A DNA stretch of 64,000 nt from Lama glama (GCA_028534125.1 CM052816.1:72728001-72792000), one strand, 5' to 3'. Counted from the first letter of the stretch, positions 1 to 13,861 are shown. Numbers and translations are program-made. Notes: generated by a model not told the origin, from the sequence alone.

Positions 1-225
1 AGAAATAGAAATAATTGGCTTGGATTTGGGGGTCATATTAGAGGAAGAAGTCCTATCTTTAAACACTGGAAGCAAACTTGGCCCACTGAGATGCTCTCAA
101 GAGAAGCATATAAAAATTGAGAAGAAAGACCCTGGACATCTGTGAGTGTAGTTCATGTTCACACTGTAGCGTACAGGCCTGGAGTGTGGCCATGACTGGA
201 GCCTTCTGAACTGTTCCAATGATTT

Positions 226-357
226 CCGCTTTCTCGCTCTCTTTATTTCTTCCTTTCTTCCCAGCTTCTCTCCCCTCCTTCCCTTCCTCCATCCTTCCTT
301 CTTCCTTCCTTCCTCTCTTTCTTTCTTTCTTTCCCACTCTTTCTTTCTCTTTCTTTG
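226..357. repeat. Pyrimidine-rich (CTTT/CTTC) low-complexity tract
   Basis: Run of cttc/cttt units. It explains the K/E/G/R-rich spurious minus-strand ORF 59-337. Confidence 0.85.
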
Positions 358-2689
358 TCCTTTATCTATGTGTTTCCTAGCGTGTAAGCATGTATAGTTG
401 AATTTATAATTTTAATATGCATGTGATTGACTCTATCATGTAGCATTATGTAACCAAATAGCCAAAATGTGTCTCAGTCCCCTGAACAACCAAATCAAAT
501 CACTTGGGTTATTTTTGCCTCTGGGACATACATTTTTTGTGTGGTAATCTCACTGTTCTTGTTTGGTTGGAGGCGACCGCATAGTTACAAATGTAAAATG
601 TCAGTTTAGCAGAAAATGACACAGAGGACATGTTAAATACAAGCATTGATGGTAATGTGTAAGATTCAAAGAAGAAGCATGTTGTGTGCTGATAACGGTT
701 TAAGACCATGAAAGTAAGGAAAATGTCTTTTTTATCCTTGAGTAAGGTGGACATTCAATAGGTATTTGCAGGATTGACAAAGCAGAATAGTGGCATTAAA
801 AAAAAAAAAAGCAGGATGAACACTCAGAGTTATAGCAAATGAGATGATGACATAAACCATTCGTTTAGTAGCCATAGCTCTTTTGACTTTGACTCTCAAA
901 AGGTTCAAATTTGGAAGCAAATACCTTACCCCTGTGAACAGGCTCTGCTAGTTCCTCAAACTAGTACTGTAACACAGCCCAGCTGTATTCTCTGAATGCC
1001 TCAAATTTTCCTGTAGTCCATTAAGAACCATCATTTCTTTTATCGGTACAGTTAGATTACTGGCTAATATTAAATCACAGATATTTTATATAGGGAAGTT
1101 TGACTTTTAGTGAGAATGCTTGAAAATGTCAGTCTTTGCACTGAGGCTACCCTGTGTTGTGGAGCTCTAAGTGCCATGCTGCTTATCTCTTTTCCTAATT
1201 TTTTTACAGAAAGACAACATACACGTCTTGATTATAGCAACAGAGGTAATACTAGCAATTTGAAGAAAAGTTGGTCATGTATCTTCTGTTATTTAAATTA
1301 CAAAAAGGTGAAAATTATGAACTGGGAGAATAATTTGGGTTGTAAGACAGGTGGCAGAATCTGACTCCCTGTGGCTTTCAAAAGTAGGACACAGAGGCCT
1401 TTGTCTGGGAGTTTTCTGTAGTCTTACTTGGAAGTGAGAGAAAGACAAGATGACCTTTTAAGACATACCTCCAACTCAGTAATTGTCATGTGAACCTTAA
1501 GTGTTAGTAAGATTCCTACTTGTCAAAACCTTTCACAGTAGGCTTTTTTTAAGCTAAGAATTTACTGATTTCTTTTGTCCTTTTAGTTTTCAGTGCTTGG
1601 TTTATATGTCTCCTTTCTGCATGCAATGCTTATAGGTATCTCTAATTACCGTCAGAATGTATAAAATTAAAGTAAGTTTTTGGTGAGATTCTGGTAAGAT
1701 AGAATTTTCAGGAAACATGAGGGTATAGCTTGTTCTTTTAAAACCAGGAATTCAATATTGATAATAATGATTTTTTTTGACATGGAATTATAATATAGTA
1801 GCTAGAAAGTGCTTACCTTGTATTCATTCAAATTTCGAGGTAGCAATTTGAAAAGTCAGTGCATGATTTTCCAGTTAAAAAGGAATTTTCAAATATTGAT
1901 CTAGCACTTCTGCCTGCAGCTTGTCTTTCCACCCTTCCATTAATAAAAGCCTAAAAACCCTCCTTCATCACTTTCACCCCTTCATCATGTCGTCCATGGG
2001 TCACCTTCCAACCATGTGAAGGTGTCCCTTAGCTCTCAAATTGCAGGGTTAAAATGTTTCTCACTAATACATGTTTAATTCTCTCTGGAAAAGGTGTTTC
2101 TCTATCGTGAACATCTGTTGTGAAGCTGTTTTTTCTGTCACATTTTTAGTGGGACCTTGGAACCATTTCAACATCTCACCAAGGAGCACGGAGATGAAGT
2201 GTGCTTTCTTTCTTATCCCATACTGTCGAAGCCCTCTTAGCTGCTGCTATGGCAACAGACTGGCAATAGTTGTAGAGGAAACCATGCTCAGACTACGGCC
2301 AGATGGAGGGAGTGGGTGCCAGTGGCAGCATCGCAGGGAAGCTGTGTGTAGCAGTGATGAGTTGAACTTGGCTGTGTGCCTCTCCAATAGAGAGGCAAGA
2401 TGGAAAGGGAAGGGAGAGTGCTGAAACCATGGAGCATCACATAAGCCGAGCAATTGTTCACTTGAGTGTGGTCCATGTTGATATGAAATGTAGATTTTCT
2501 ACTTAATTTTATTTTTACTGATGTAAAACATGCTAATATCTATGCTCCATTTTTAACCTCTGTCTTTGTCTGTCTCTGTCTCTCTTTCCCTTGCTGTTTT
2601 GTTTGTGGGAGAAGCCTACTCTTTCGCCTTTAGTTTCTCAAGGTCTGGAGTTAGCTAATTTCAAAATGTTCTTTTTTCTTTAGTTCCTT

Positions 2690-3600
2690 TAAATTGGTAA
2701 CAAGATTCAGGTTTGATTTTTTTTTTTTTTTTGGCGAGGCTGAATCACAGGTGGTGGTGTGTACTTACTTCAAAAGGAACATAATGTCTCTCTTTGTGAA
2801 GTTAGCAGCCACTGCCTAAATCCATTACTTCATTAAAGTTTGCAAAATAATGATTTTCTAATTCATGTACTCCTTTTTCATTTATTTTCTGAATGCCTAC
2901 CATTTTTTCAAGTATTTTTAACCTACAATAAGTTCCATGGGAGAAAGAAGAGATAAATGCTTGATTGTTTCTATTAATTTACTTGCTTTTCATTTTAACT
3001 ATTGTGATGTATTCGATTATGTGTATACACCAACATTTGCATTTTTGCCAATTTTTATAGATATAAACAATGCTGCAGTCTAAATGCTTATACATGTTTT
3101 GACAATTTCTACTTTAATATTTCCAAATTTTTCTCACATGCAGGACATAAAAATTTCTCATAACCCAACATTCTCTCTGTTTATTTTTTATTTATTAAAT
3201 GTTCATTATTATTATTCTTGCTAGTTTCATGGGCTTAAAATGATTTGTCATTTTATTGGCTTATATTTGCTGAGTGCTTCTATACTCAGGCCTTATTTTA
3301 ATTTTGCTGGCATAATCTTATTTAATTTATATAGCAATTTTATTAGGTAGATAATGTAATTATTCTGAGTTTACAAGTGGGAAAATGAAGGCATAATGTT
3401 AAGTAATTTGTACACAGCTAGTAAGGAGTAGAGTCAAAGTTATTTGACTCAAGATTGTCTTAAGCATTAAACAATGGTGGATGCATTCCTTGATTACTAG
3501 TGAAACTGAATGTCACTTCATGTACTTATTGGCCATTCTGATTTCTTCTTTAGTATTTTGCCTTTTCATATCCCTTACCTTTTTGCCTTAGATCATCTTC
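2690..3600 (-). mobile_element. Old L1M fragments (antisense), interrupted by a MIR
   Basis: Degraded L1 3'-end-like text, e.g. tgcattccttgattactagtgaaactgaa...ttattggccatt (3482-3540). Confidence 0.55.
3265..3455 (-). mobile_element. MIR SINE
   Basis: Reverse MIR core tttacaagtgggaaaatgaaggcataatgttaagtaatttg...acagctagtaag. Confidence 0.7.
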
Positions 3601-5929
3601 ATTTATACACGAATGTCAATCCAACATCAACCTGTTTATCTATTTACCAGAAATCTTAATTTTGTCATTCTAATGAATATAAATATTGAATACAAGTGTA
3701 GCTGTAGTAAAATCCTTTCTATTTACATTTGGATTTTAATTTGTGAGGTCATACCCTTAAGGGTACTGTTCAAATACACCTCGACTGTGACTGTTAAACA
3801 CTAAATGATTTTGTGACTGCTGTGTAGTAGTCCTGAGAGTGACATTATCTTTAATCAAATACAAACACAAACTGTTGTTTTAAACCTCTTTTTAGGTCTA
3901 AGCCAACTACATGTTCACCACTGTGTCAAACAATATGAGAAAAAACAAGAGACTAATAAAGCGTTATTTCTATCCTAAAGTTTGCAATCTGTTTGACGGG
4001 ACAATTCCAACACAAATGAAATTAGGGAGTGACTTAAAGGAGTATATAATCACAGTCTAGGTAATGTGAGGCACAGTGTAACTCTATGCTAAAAGAACAT
4101 GAAATTTTGCATTTTAGAAGAGTTTTTAAATATTTTAATATCTTCTTAGGAAAACAAACATAATAGGAATCTAGCATTAAATTATCTCTTCGCTATTTAA
4201 AATAAAGGCTATTTCAAATTTAATTTTTGAATATCTGTTCTGTCCTGGAGAGATAATGATAAAATATGATCTTCTCTTAAGGACTGCACTATTTGGTAAA
4301 GCAAAATAAATGAAGATGAACTGATTTTAATCAGCCATGAGTAACTTCAGTTCATGCTAATTATCCTTACACTATAGAAATATTTTAAGTTTATATATTA
4401 GGATGTTAACAGTGAGTAGATTTTTGTAGATAGAAGTACGTGTGAGGTTTTACTTTCTTTTATTATATTTATATTTTCAAAGTGCTTTTTATGATCTTGC
4501 ATTGTTTTAAACTAAAGAAAAGTTGTTCATGTACAGACTACTGATCAAATGAAAGTGAGGACATCCACATAATTAAAACACCGTGAAAATGTTAAAACTT
4601 GATCGAGAAAATTTTCTATGTGTTAATAAAGAAAACCTTTCAGGATACAGTAATAGAGAAAACAAGGTATTTAAGCATGTGTAGCATTCTTGTTTATGTT
4701 TATTTAAGAAGGTTGTGTGTATGCTCGTATGCATTTTTTTTGTGGGTGTATAATATTTGCATTAAAAAAGGTCTGGATAAATAAGAAACCATTGACGGTG
4801 GTTACCTCTGGCAAGTGGCTTTGGAGTTACCTTTGAAGAGATAAAAATTTTTGAACTGTTAACACTTTTTAAATCATGTGCTATCAGCTATTTTGTCATA
4901 AAAGTATAATATTACTTAATCAACAGAAATTTAAGACATTTAAAGTACATGTTTTATGAAACTATGTTATTAACATAGAGACAAAGATACGTGTGGGGCT
5001 AATATGCTTCAAATCTGTAAGCAATTATTAAGCTGTTGATGTCTTAATGGGAATATACAATTCCATGTGTCCTTGTGTAAGATAAATTGATCTCTTGGTC
5101 CCTGCAACTTGCCACCTTTCAATTTAATCCCTGGGTATTTCATTACTTGACATGCATATAATTGTTAAAAATCTCAAATCAGTATCTACAAATTTTGTTT
5201 GCTGGTTAGTGATGTTCTTAGGAGAATAAATGCGTAATTATTTTTCTTTTAGAATAAGAATGAACAGTTGTGTTCAAACTATTTTATTAAGCATAATATT
5301 TTGCATTACTAAAAAGATAAAGTGTATTGTTACATTCTTTTATAATAATATAAATTCCAAAAATTATCTAAGAACCCTTAGATGACACCAGTTGCTTCAA
5401 TGTTTAGGGAAAAAAAAAATCTCTAAATCATATTAGAACATTAACGTAATAACATTTTTCCTATTTTAACTGTAGTAAGAGTATCCTTTCATAAGTCCAT
5501 TTTTCCCTCAAATATGTTCCAAGACATTCTTGATATTATTTTTATTGATGTTATTTGTAGAATATTTTTATTGGGGAGATATGAAGAATTAAAATAATAA
5601 GCTATTCTTGGAAATAACTGAAAGGAACTTAATCTTTTATTTTCTCTTATGTATTCACTTTTCTTTACATACCTCTATCCATTTTATTATGTAGCTTCCA
5701 AAATGAGATTATTTTGAAGGAAATTAAGTTTTTTACATGCTATCCATTTCAAATAAAATAATCAATTAGTAGGGTACTTGTAAATGACAAAATTAGTGTC
5801 AAAATATTATTAAAAGTATTGTTCATATTAATAATTCTAGGCAATAAAAAACTGATTATCACTAAAAAACTAAACATGAGTGTGTAGTGTGTAAAATAAA
5901 AAAAAAGCTTTACCTTATATAAAGCTTCA

Positions 5930-5992
5930 AATTGTGTTCTACACTGGAATTTGACACAATATTGTAAAATGACTATAACTCAATAAAAAAAA
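5930..5992 (+). mobile_element. Extremely 5'-truncated young L1 3' end with target-site duplication (TSD)
   Basis: tacactggaatttgacacaatattgtaaaatgactataactcAATAAA plus an A-tail, flanked by AAAGCTTCA at 5921-5929 and 5993-6001. Confidence 0.8.
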
Positions 5993-6039
5993 AAAGCTTC
6001 ACCAAAATGTAGCTCTAGTACCTTGTAAACCATTGTAAA

Positions 6040-6350
6040 GACTGGCTTCTAACTTGTTTTGGGAAGTCATTTGAAGGCTTCAGCAGATGAATGGTGTGAT
6101 ATGACAGGTTTTAGTGATTTGGCTGCTGTGTTGATGATGGCATAAACGTGGACAGATGTCCTGGTTATTCTAGGGATACAGGTGAGAGATGAGGATGGTC
6201 AGACCAGCATGTTTGAGGAATAGGTGGTGGAAGAGGCTGGGCTCTGAGAATATTTTAAAGTTCGAGCCTTCAGGTGCCTTGCATATGGAGTAGGAGAATA
6301 AGAGTGGAACCAAAACCGACTTCAAAATTTTTGTTTATATGAGTTTAAAT
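6040..6350 (-). mobile_element. L2 fragment
   Basis: gggaagtcatttgaaggcttcagcag...caggtgagagatgaggatggtcagaccag, typical antisense L2. Confidence 0.65.
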
Positions 6351-8682
6351 CTAGATAAGGAGTTAGTTCTTATTTCTAGATTTGTGCATATGCTAGACAA
6401 TGCAGTGGGTGCAGGAAGAAAATAGGGCCATTTAAAATATTGGGAAATAATAGAACTACTCCTTGGAAGATTGTGGCCAGCCTTCACAATTGTAGAATTC
6501 AGAGGCCAGAACTCAGATTTACTCAATACAGAAAGGTGGTCCAATAACCAAAAAGGCAAATCACTGTTTTTTCCATGTAGAGAGCCCAGTAAGAGAGGGC
6601 AGCAATTTCTTAAAAAAAAAAAATGCTCTGGAAGAGATTCATATTTTAGGAAATTATGACAAAAAAGAAGTCAGGGGATGATTAATTATCAACACTTCAT
6701 ATCTACACATGACATGCACACACGTACCCAAAGACCAAGGCGACTTGGCTGACTTCACACTGCTAAAGAAAATTAGTTGCAAGTATAATAGGACAGAATC
6801 AGGATTATTTAGCATCTTTCTCTCTAAAAGTAGATATTGCTCTTGGGAAGATTGTAATCAACCATCATTTTGCTTCTGCTGCCTTCAGTCATTATTTTGA
6901 ACTGCCACCTATCTAACTTTGAGCTTGCATATCAAACTTTGTATAACGTTTCTAGTCATCAATCTATCATAGTTTACTCTTTGGTAGCATTTGATTTGAT
7001 TTTACAATAAGTATTAGGATAGAAGGTGAAGTCAAGTAGAAACAAATTAATCAGTATAGGGGTGGCACATTTATTGATGTGAATTTTCTGATATTCTAGA
7101 AAAAGTGCCATTAGGAATTTTAATAATTTGAGGAGAAAATTATGCCACCTCTTACTGAGAAAGAATTATTAAACAAACATCTGAGTTAGCTTGCAGAACA
7201 TAATTTTCTTAAGTGAAGTGATTTACACCTACTACATCTACCACTAATTTGAATTAAAGGTAATATGCCCAAGCTATTAATTATAGGATTTATTTATGAT
7301 TATGCATACCTTTTAACCTGTATCACCATGGTGACCAATAGTCGTTAAATTATGTGCCAAGATTAGATAAATTATTGCACAAATGCAAATCAACTAAACA
7401 AGAATTGCAAGTTATTGAAGTGACACTGTGAAATGACAAGTTGATTATTTACCTGTTAGTTCTACCAGATCTAATATTTATTCTAATCCCGAAGTCCTCC
7501 ACCTGTATGTCTACATACTACATACTACATACTACACACTGTTTTAGGTGCTATGATAATTGTTTGTGTCTATGACAAGTACATAAGAATTCTTCATATT
7601 TTATCTTTATCAAACCACATTTCTTTAATTTCAACTTGATTTGCACAATCTTGAAAAGTTATTCTATGTAAATTATTCCATAATTTTTTACCTGAACCAT
7701 TGACTTTCGGGATCTGTCCATCCTTTAGTTCCTTCTCACTCCCTCAAAGGGTTGTTCTAAGAATAAAATTCAAAGGGAGAGGATTTTGCAAAGTACTTAT
7801 AACTCAGAAAGAAATATATTAAAATGTAATATGATACTGTCATCTTAAATATAGAGATTAATTGCTGATAACCCCAGAATCTCAATTTTAGCAAAGGACT
7901 CTGGCATGCTCAGGTAGAGAGGGTTTTACTTTAAAATACATATTCTCCTTTCATTAAAAAAGGTCTAAGGATCTTGGTTGCACTTGTTCGTCAAACCTAC
8001 TGAAGAAGTTTTTATTTTGTTTTATTTTATTTTGTTTTAATTTGGAAGGGTAAAGTAGTTCCTCATCCAGTGCTTATTCTCCCGTGCTTATTCTCCCTAT
8101 GATGCAGGGGCCCTTCTAAGAATGTGCTGTAGTTAAATATGGGTTGAACGCTCTTGCGGTGGCTGGCTATGATGGGGGAGCAGCTGGCCGGACACTCATT
8201 ATGACACAAGGACAGGTGTAAGAGCTTGTGTAGTGTGATACCCAGGACCCAGAAATTCAGTGAGTGTCCAAAATTCTCAGGAGAAAAAGTGAGAGCAGTT
8301 GAAATGTTTTTCTTGGTTTGTTATAATTGTTTTTATATATTTACATGTTGTGACAAAATGTCCCAAGTGTCAGCATGGCCAGCTATTACATTTATATGTA
8401 GGTAGTGCTTGTGAATCATCTGATAGGCCCATGTCAGATACTGAATTCATGAAAAATAATGAATTTGACCCTAGCTTTCACAACTTCCTTGCCTTCTTAC
8501 AGAGGCAGTATATCATTTCTGTAAGAAATACAATTTTATTCCCTAAAGTATTTGCTTACATTATTTTTCTCATTTGTTCCTCACAATACTGTTTTGATTT
8601 TTCCGGCTAAAATGAGACACCCAGAGAGAGGGTCAGAACTATGTTATTCAGGTTAAGATAATCCATGGAATAGATTCCACAT

Positions 8683-8787
8683 GTCTTATAAAAAAAAGGC
8701 AGCCATACTGGCAGAACAAGTGAACAAATGCTTGAGTCTTATAACAAAAGGCAGCCATACTGGCAGAACAAGGGAACAAATGCTTGA
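8683..8787. repeat. Tandem duplication of about 53 bp (2 copies)
   Basis: gtcttata..aaaaggcagccatactggcagaacaag(t/g)gaacaaatgcttga at 8683-8735 and 8736-8787. Confidence 0.95.
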
Positions 8788-9149
8788 AGTCAGAAATGTT
8801 CAGGGGGGTTAGGAACTCACTAGGTGACTCAGAGAATGACTGGAGAAGCTGTGAACAAGTAGCAAAGATTTGGACAGTGTGAAGACCTGCCCAAGGAGGT
8901 TAAAGGCCCCTGAAAAAAATCCCAAATTCATTTTTTGAGTGTTTCAAAGGACTGCATAAAATTAAAATATGCTCCCCAAAGTATTATGTATCATTTAGAG
9001 CCTGGATAACACTTTGTGCAAACATTGTGACAGATTGAGAGATACATCTGAGGCTGATTTAGAGTTCCGGGGCAGTGCATGCTAATTTTTAATTCACAAG
9101 CACAGACTCTGCATCTTATTTATTTATTTATCATCTTTCTGGAAGATGG

Positions 9150-9720
9150 CTCAGGGAGAAGCAAGTGCAAAAACCAAATCTCAGTAAGTTCAAGGGGGAA
9201 TGGGTTTTTACAGAAAAAAATCATATGGCAAGGATACCAGTGGGTGGGTAAGGTGAACAATAGGAGGAAGTGTTTTCTGTTTAAGATGGAAGATCCTCGA
9301 ACAAGTTCACATGCGGAACAGAGGGCTGTTTGAGATGGAGAAGGTGTAGACAAGGGATGATTTGTGGAAAAATGTCAAGTGTAATTAGGAAAGAATGGGA
9401 GCAATTCTAGAGCAAAGGTATATATTAGATGAAAGAGTCCTCTTCCGCTGAGAAAAGAGTGAGAATAGTGAGAAGGTTGGCCAAACAATTCCAGAATGAT
9501 GGTTATGTCAGCAGCAGCAGTGGCCACGGTGGTGGAGGGGAGACTGGGAGGAGGGATCATGGGTCAGGGCAGACTGGGAATTGTAGCATCACTGCATTGG
9601 CATCATATTTCTGGAAAGAAAGAAGCAAAATCTTTTGGTTAGAATGTTGAGAAGGAAGACGGCATAAGGAGGCATGAAGAGAATGTAAAAGTTTGAAATA
9701 ACTGTTTAGAAAAATAGTAT
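9150..9720 (-). mobile_element. L2 fragment
   Basis: Purine-rich degraded antisense L2 text (tgttttctgtttaagatggaagatcc..., gtttgagatggagaagg). Confidence 0.5.
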
Positions 9721-9829
9721 TTTTAGATATATTAAGAAAAGAACCCATGGCCCATACAATTGTCAGGGATCACTGTGGAGCCAATCAGTTCAGGAAAGCA
9801 TGACTTTGTAGTTAAATCTATCAGCAAGG

Positions 9830-10440
9830 CCAGTCCCAGCATGATCTGACTCCTGGCTACCCTAGCAAATGATCTCTTTGCCACTGCACTGTTGGGCTTC
9901 TGTGCCCTCGTCGCATTGAATTTCCTTGTAGTTTTCCAAATGAGCAGTTCTGTCTCCTGCTGCTGTTGTTGCACATGTTGCCATTTTGCTCCTTCTGTTT
10001 CAAATTTTGTTTTCACCCTGTTTTATCTGGTTAGTTCTTACCTTTCAAGATACTGCCCCAGCAACATTCTCTCCAGGAAGCGCTGTCAGTAGGGTTGCCA
10101 GGTAAGATCCCCAGTTAAATTTGAATATTTGGGATATATTTACAGTAAAAATATTTTTTGTTGTTTATCTGAAACTCAAATATTATTGGATGATCTGTAT
10201 TTGTATTTGCTAAACTTGACAACCCTAGCTGTCAGTCCTAGATAGACTAGGTTAGTTGTTTTTATGCTCCATGTTAGCACCCACTACAGTAGTCTATGTT
10301 ACACTGCCTACTTCTATCTCTTGACTGGCTGTCTCTCCTATTATATTATCAAGCTTCTTGAGACTAGGGACCACATCTTGGTGGACTCATCACATACGCA
10401 ATGCCTGACACATCATAGGCTGACTCATCACAGGCTCGTC
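9830..10440 (+). mobile_element. L2 3' region, interrupted by MER53
   Basis: Ends in aagcttcttgagactagggaccacatcttg...aatgcctgacacatcataggct, matching the L2 3' terminus pattern. Confidence 0.65.
10090..10227. mobile_element. MER53-type hAT MITE with internal deletions
   Basis: Terminal inverted repeats TAGGGTTGCCAG...TTGACAACCCTA. Perfect 8-bp TSD GCTGTCAG at 10082-10089 and 10228-10235, the hAT hallmark. Confidence 0.9.
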
Positions 10441-11799
10441 ATGTTAAGTAGTTTAGTGCCTTCATTGGAGAAATTTAAGCTGGCTGCCTTAGGGCTGTGG
10501 AACTGACTGAAAAGTAGCCAGGGTCCAGTTTGACCATACCTTTAGTTATTGATTTTGGGGACTGAGACTGCCTTACTCTTTGTGGGTAAATTTGAGAGTG
10601 GGAGGTACATGGCACCTCTGAAGAATCATCAGTCCTCTATAGCCCTGTGGTCCCTCTGGAGTTGTCAAGCACTTATAATCAGAAGAACACTTCTTTTTCC
10701 TGAAATTGATCCAAATACGATTTTATTTTCTTGTTAAATTTCTTTTGGAATTCCCCACTATGGCTTTCAGATCAATCTAAATGCTATTCTGTGAGTTTCA
10801 TGGCTCTTCATCTCAACCTTTCTTGTCACCCACCATGCATATGTTTTTCCTACATGCCCTGGCTTCCCATCAGACTATTACTTCTTCCTCAAAATGCAAT
10901 GAAACATCACATCTCAGCAACTTCATGCCATATATCAGCTTTCCTCTTGGCTTCAGAAATCCGACCCCAAACTACAACTCAAATAAAAAGTCTTACATTC
11001 TGTGTTGCCTATGCACAATGTCCTTCTTCTGAACTCAGGGTTAACTATTCTCTGGGAATTTCTTGAGACATCACCTGTGTGAGAATGAAGTAGGTACACA
11101 CCAACCTTTCCTAGTACATCATGAAATATCTGGGGACAAAGATGTGATCTGACCTGTTCATGTGGCAGACATTCAGTAACTGTTTTACCCAGTGAATTGT
11201 ACAATCAAGGATTTAGGGCTAGAACTTATAATGCAAACTTTGTTGCCTTTGGAGATGACCTTTGAAGGGAAAATTTTGGTTCCTTAATTTCTTGACAGAA
11301 TTGTGGTCACAACAGCTAGTATAAAATCATAGACTAAACAAAAATACTAATCATAGGAATGGATGGAAGAGTAGCAGTTGCTATGATATTATTTATCATA
11401 TAGTTAAATGGTTCTTTGGACCTTCCCCAATATTCTCTGACCTACCACATCCTTTTTAAGCTCAATGGAACAGCAACCTTTAGCTTCTGAATCACTTCTA
11501 TTTTTTTTCAATATAAAGATTGTTGCAGCAGATTTCAAAGATCGAGTTTTATGAACTCTGGTAGCCCCCAAGGGCATTTTAATATATTTTATGATAATAT
11601 GGAAATGCCATACATTTTTTAAAGCAATATTATTCAGAGTTTAGTGAAAGTACAACTGACTTGTGCTATTATTTTTGTATTATGATTAATGTAATTGGTC
11701 TCTGCTCTTTGATCAATATGAATTTCTGTAACATGGAAAAAGGTAATATTTTTGTCCAGTACTCCTCAATCAAGGTATTGTTAGTCTTCTAAAAAGTAT

Positions 11800-12060
11800 T
11801 TATTAAATTACTATCAACTGCATTTTAGCGTTTAAACGCTTAGGATCCATTGTTAGTGAAAAGATAACAAAACATATTGCCTTTCTTATGAAGTTTCTGT
11901 TTCAACAGAGAGGCATAGAGGATTAAGAGTAGTGGGAGCAGGGGTGCTGGGAAGCTTTGGGAGAAGGCAGTTTGTAGTAGTAAACCAGATGGTCAGGGAC
12001 GGCCTCAGTGAAACGTAAAATCTGAGCCAAGACTTGAATAAGGAATAATGGCAGATGTTG
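11800..12060 (-). mobile_element. L2 3' fragment
   Basis: gatggtcagggacggcctcagtgaaacgtaaaatctgagccaagacttgaa. Confidence 0.6.
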
Positions 12061-13861
12061 GTGGCAAATTCTGTATACATTCATCCAAATTTAGAACATC
12101 CTGATATAATATATGTTGCATACTCTCCAGTCAAGATTGCTATATTCACAATGTAGTCCGGCTTCTCATAAATATGAAAATCAGTTGTGTTGTATGGTTT
12201 AAAAACAGCAAAAGTCAAATCAGTATTTCCAATTCAAGACCTGCACTTCTCCTCCATCACTCAGCTAGTGGAATCTGACTGTGACTTTATTTAATCCAGG
12301 CTTCTAAGATTAATTCACTCACATAGTTTGCATGTCAATCTTGCATTTTTAAGAACTTGACCTGAGTATGTTAATCTGATTTTATTTACCTATCTAGGCA
12401 CATTTGAAAGAAGTAATTTCACCAAGTTTTCATTGCATTTTCTTCAAACCTTGATACATGTAATACACTTTTACAATAATAATATTATTGGATCATTTTG
12501 AAACTATTAAAAATGTTTAAGTACTAGAACTTGGAAAAAGAACTCACGTTATTTTGCCGATTTTCTCAGGAGGGATTTTAAAAATTGGAAAAAAAGCCCA
12601 GGTGTATGCACATGTATCTTTAAGAAGTCATTTATGACAATAGATTTTCATGTTCGTGATACTTGCATTAGGGCAAAGCTCTGATAGAATAAGCCTTTTA
12701 GTTTTGAAATGGCCTAGATATATCAAAAATAGTGATGGGTCCACCATACATTGCTCTAACCAAAAGAAAATGTAGAGCTGATTCTGCACCATTTCCATCA
12801 TCTCACCAACCTTTTAAATGTACAGTGGTGTTCTCAAAAATGTATTTGATATTGAACAAGAAATATTTTTAAGAAAGCCTGAGTGTGTCACCAGATACAA
12901 CTTCTGTTCTTCCTGTATGAACTCACCAAGTACAGAGCATGGCAAAAAATACATCATCATCATTTTCAATTTATTAATATCTACTGATAATTACTTACTA
13001 GATTTTCAACTTGAGTGTATTAATCAGAAACATTTTTAGTTCCCCAAATCATTATTAAATACACTGTGGTAATATTGTTAACGTAGTGACACTACTGTTT
13101 CAACTTATTTTGGCATTAGGTAGAGGAATGTTCAAAGTTTTGATATATTATTTACAATTAGGCAGTTTGAGAAAGTAAGGAACAACTACTGCTAGAGGGG
13201 ATGCAAAATCCCTAATGAGTTACAGGTAATACTAATGGAAATGTAGAGGAGATATTCATTAAAAGTAGACAATAGAGATTGAATTTGGACAACTAGTATA
13301 ATTGTGAATATCTGCTCTACCAGCTAAAATAGATGATTTGTTTGGTTACTATTATTTATCTTAATATTTGAAGATATATATGAATTATTTCTCCATTTTA
13401 AAAACTCATAAAGATTTTTATTTTATATGTATACATATAATTTTATATATGTATATTCCTATCCTATATTATTTCTTATAATGATATTCCTTTTTAACTC
13501 CTAAAATATTTCAGTAAAATTGCACATGAAAGATTTTGATGAGAAATTATTCTCCTGCAGGGAGGTAAGTCTACTGTCTGTAGTTAGGCTAAGCTATGTA
13601 AGCACAGTAAGATAATTACTTTTTCATGGTTTATTTGTTAGTACTTCATTTTATTTTTTAACAGTTTTTTGGTATTCATTCTATTGAATGGCTTAAAAAC
13701 TTACCCTGAAATATGTCATAAATGATAGAGAATGAATGATTCCCACTTAAAGGATAGAGATATAGCTGTAGCAACAGTAATTGATGGTGTATAAGTCTGA
13801 GTGATGTATCTTTTTTTTAACATCACATGTAATAGTTATCGGAAAAATAGTTCTTTATCCC

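Noticed and set aside
59..337. Charged K/E/R-rich ORF
   Set aside because: It is a translation of a low-complexity CT tract.
2170..2430. REST/NRSE site (HCN1 is a known REST target)
   Set aside because: Only isolated partial half-sites (caccaaggag; reverse ttcagcac) occur, not in canonical arrangement.
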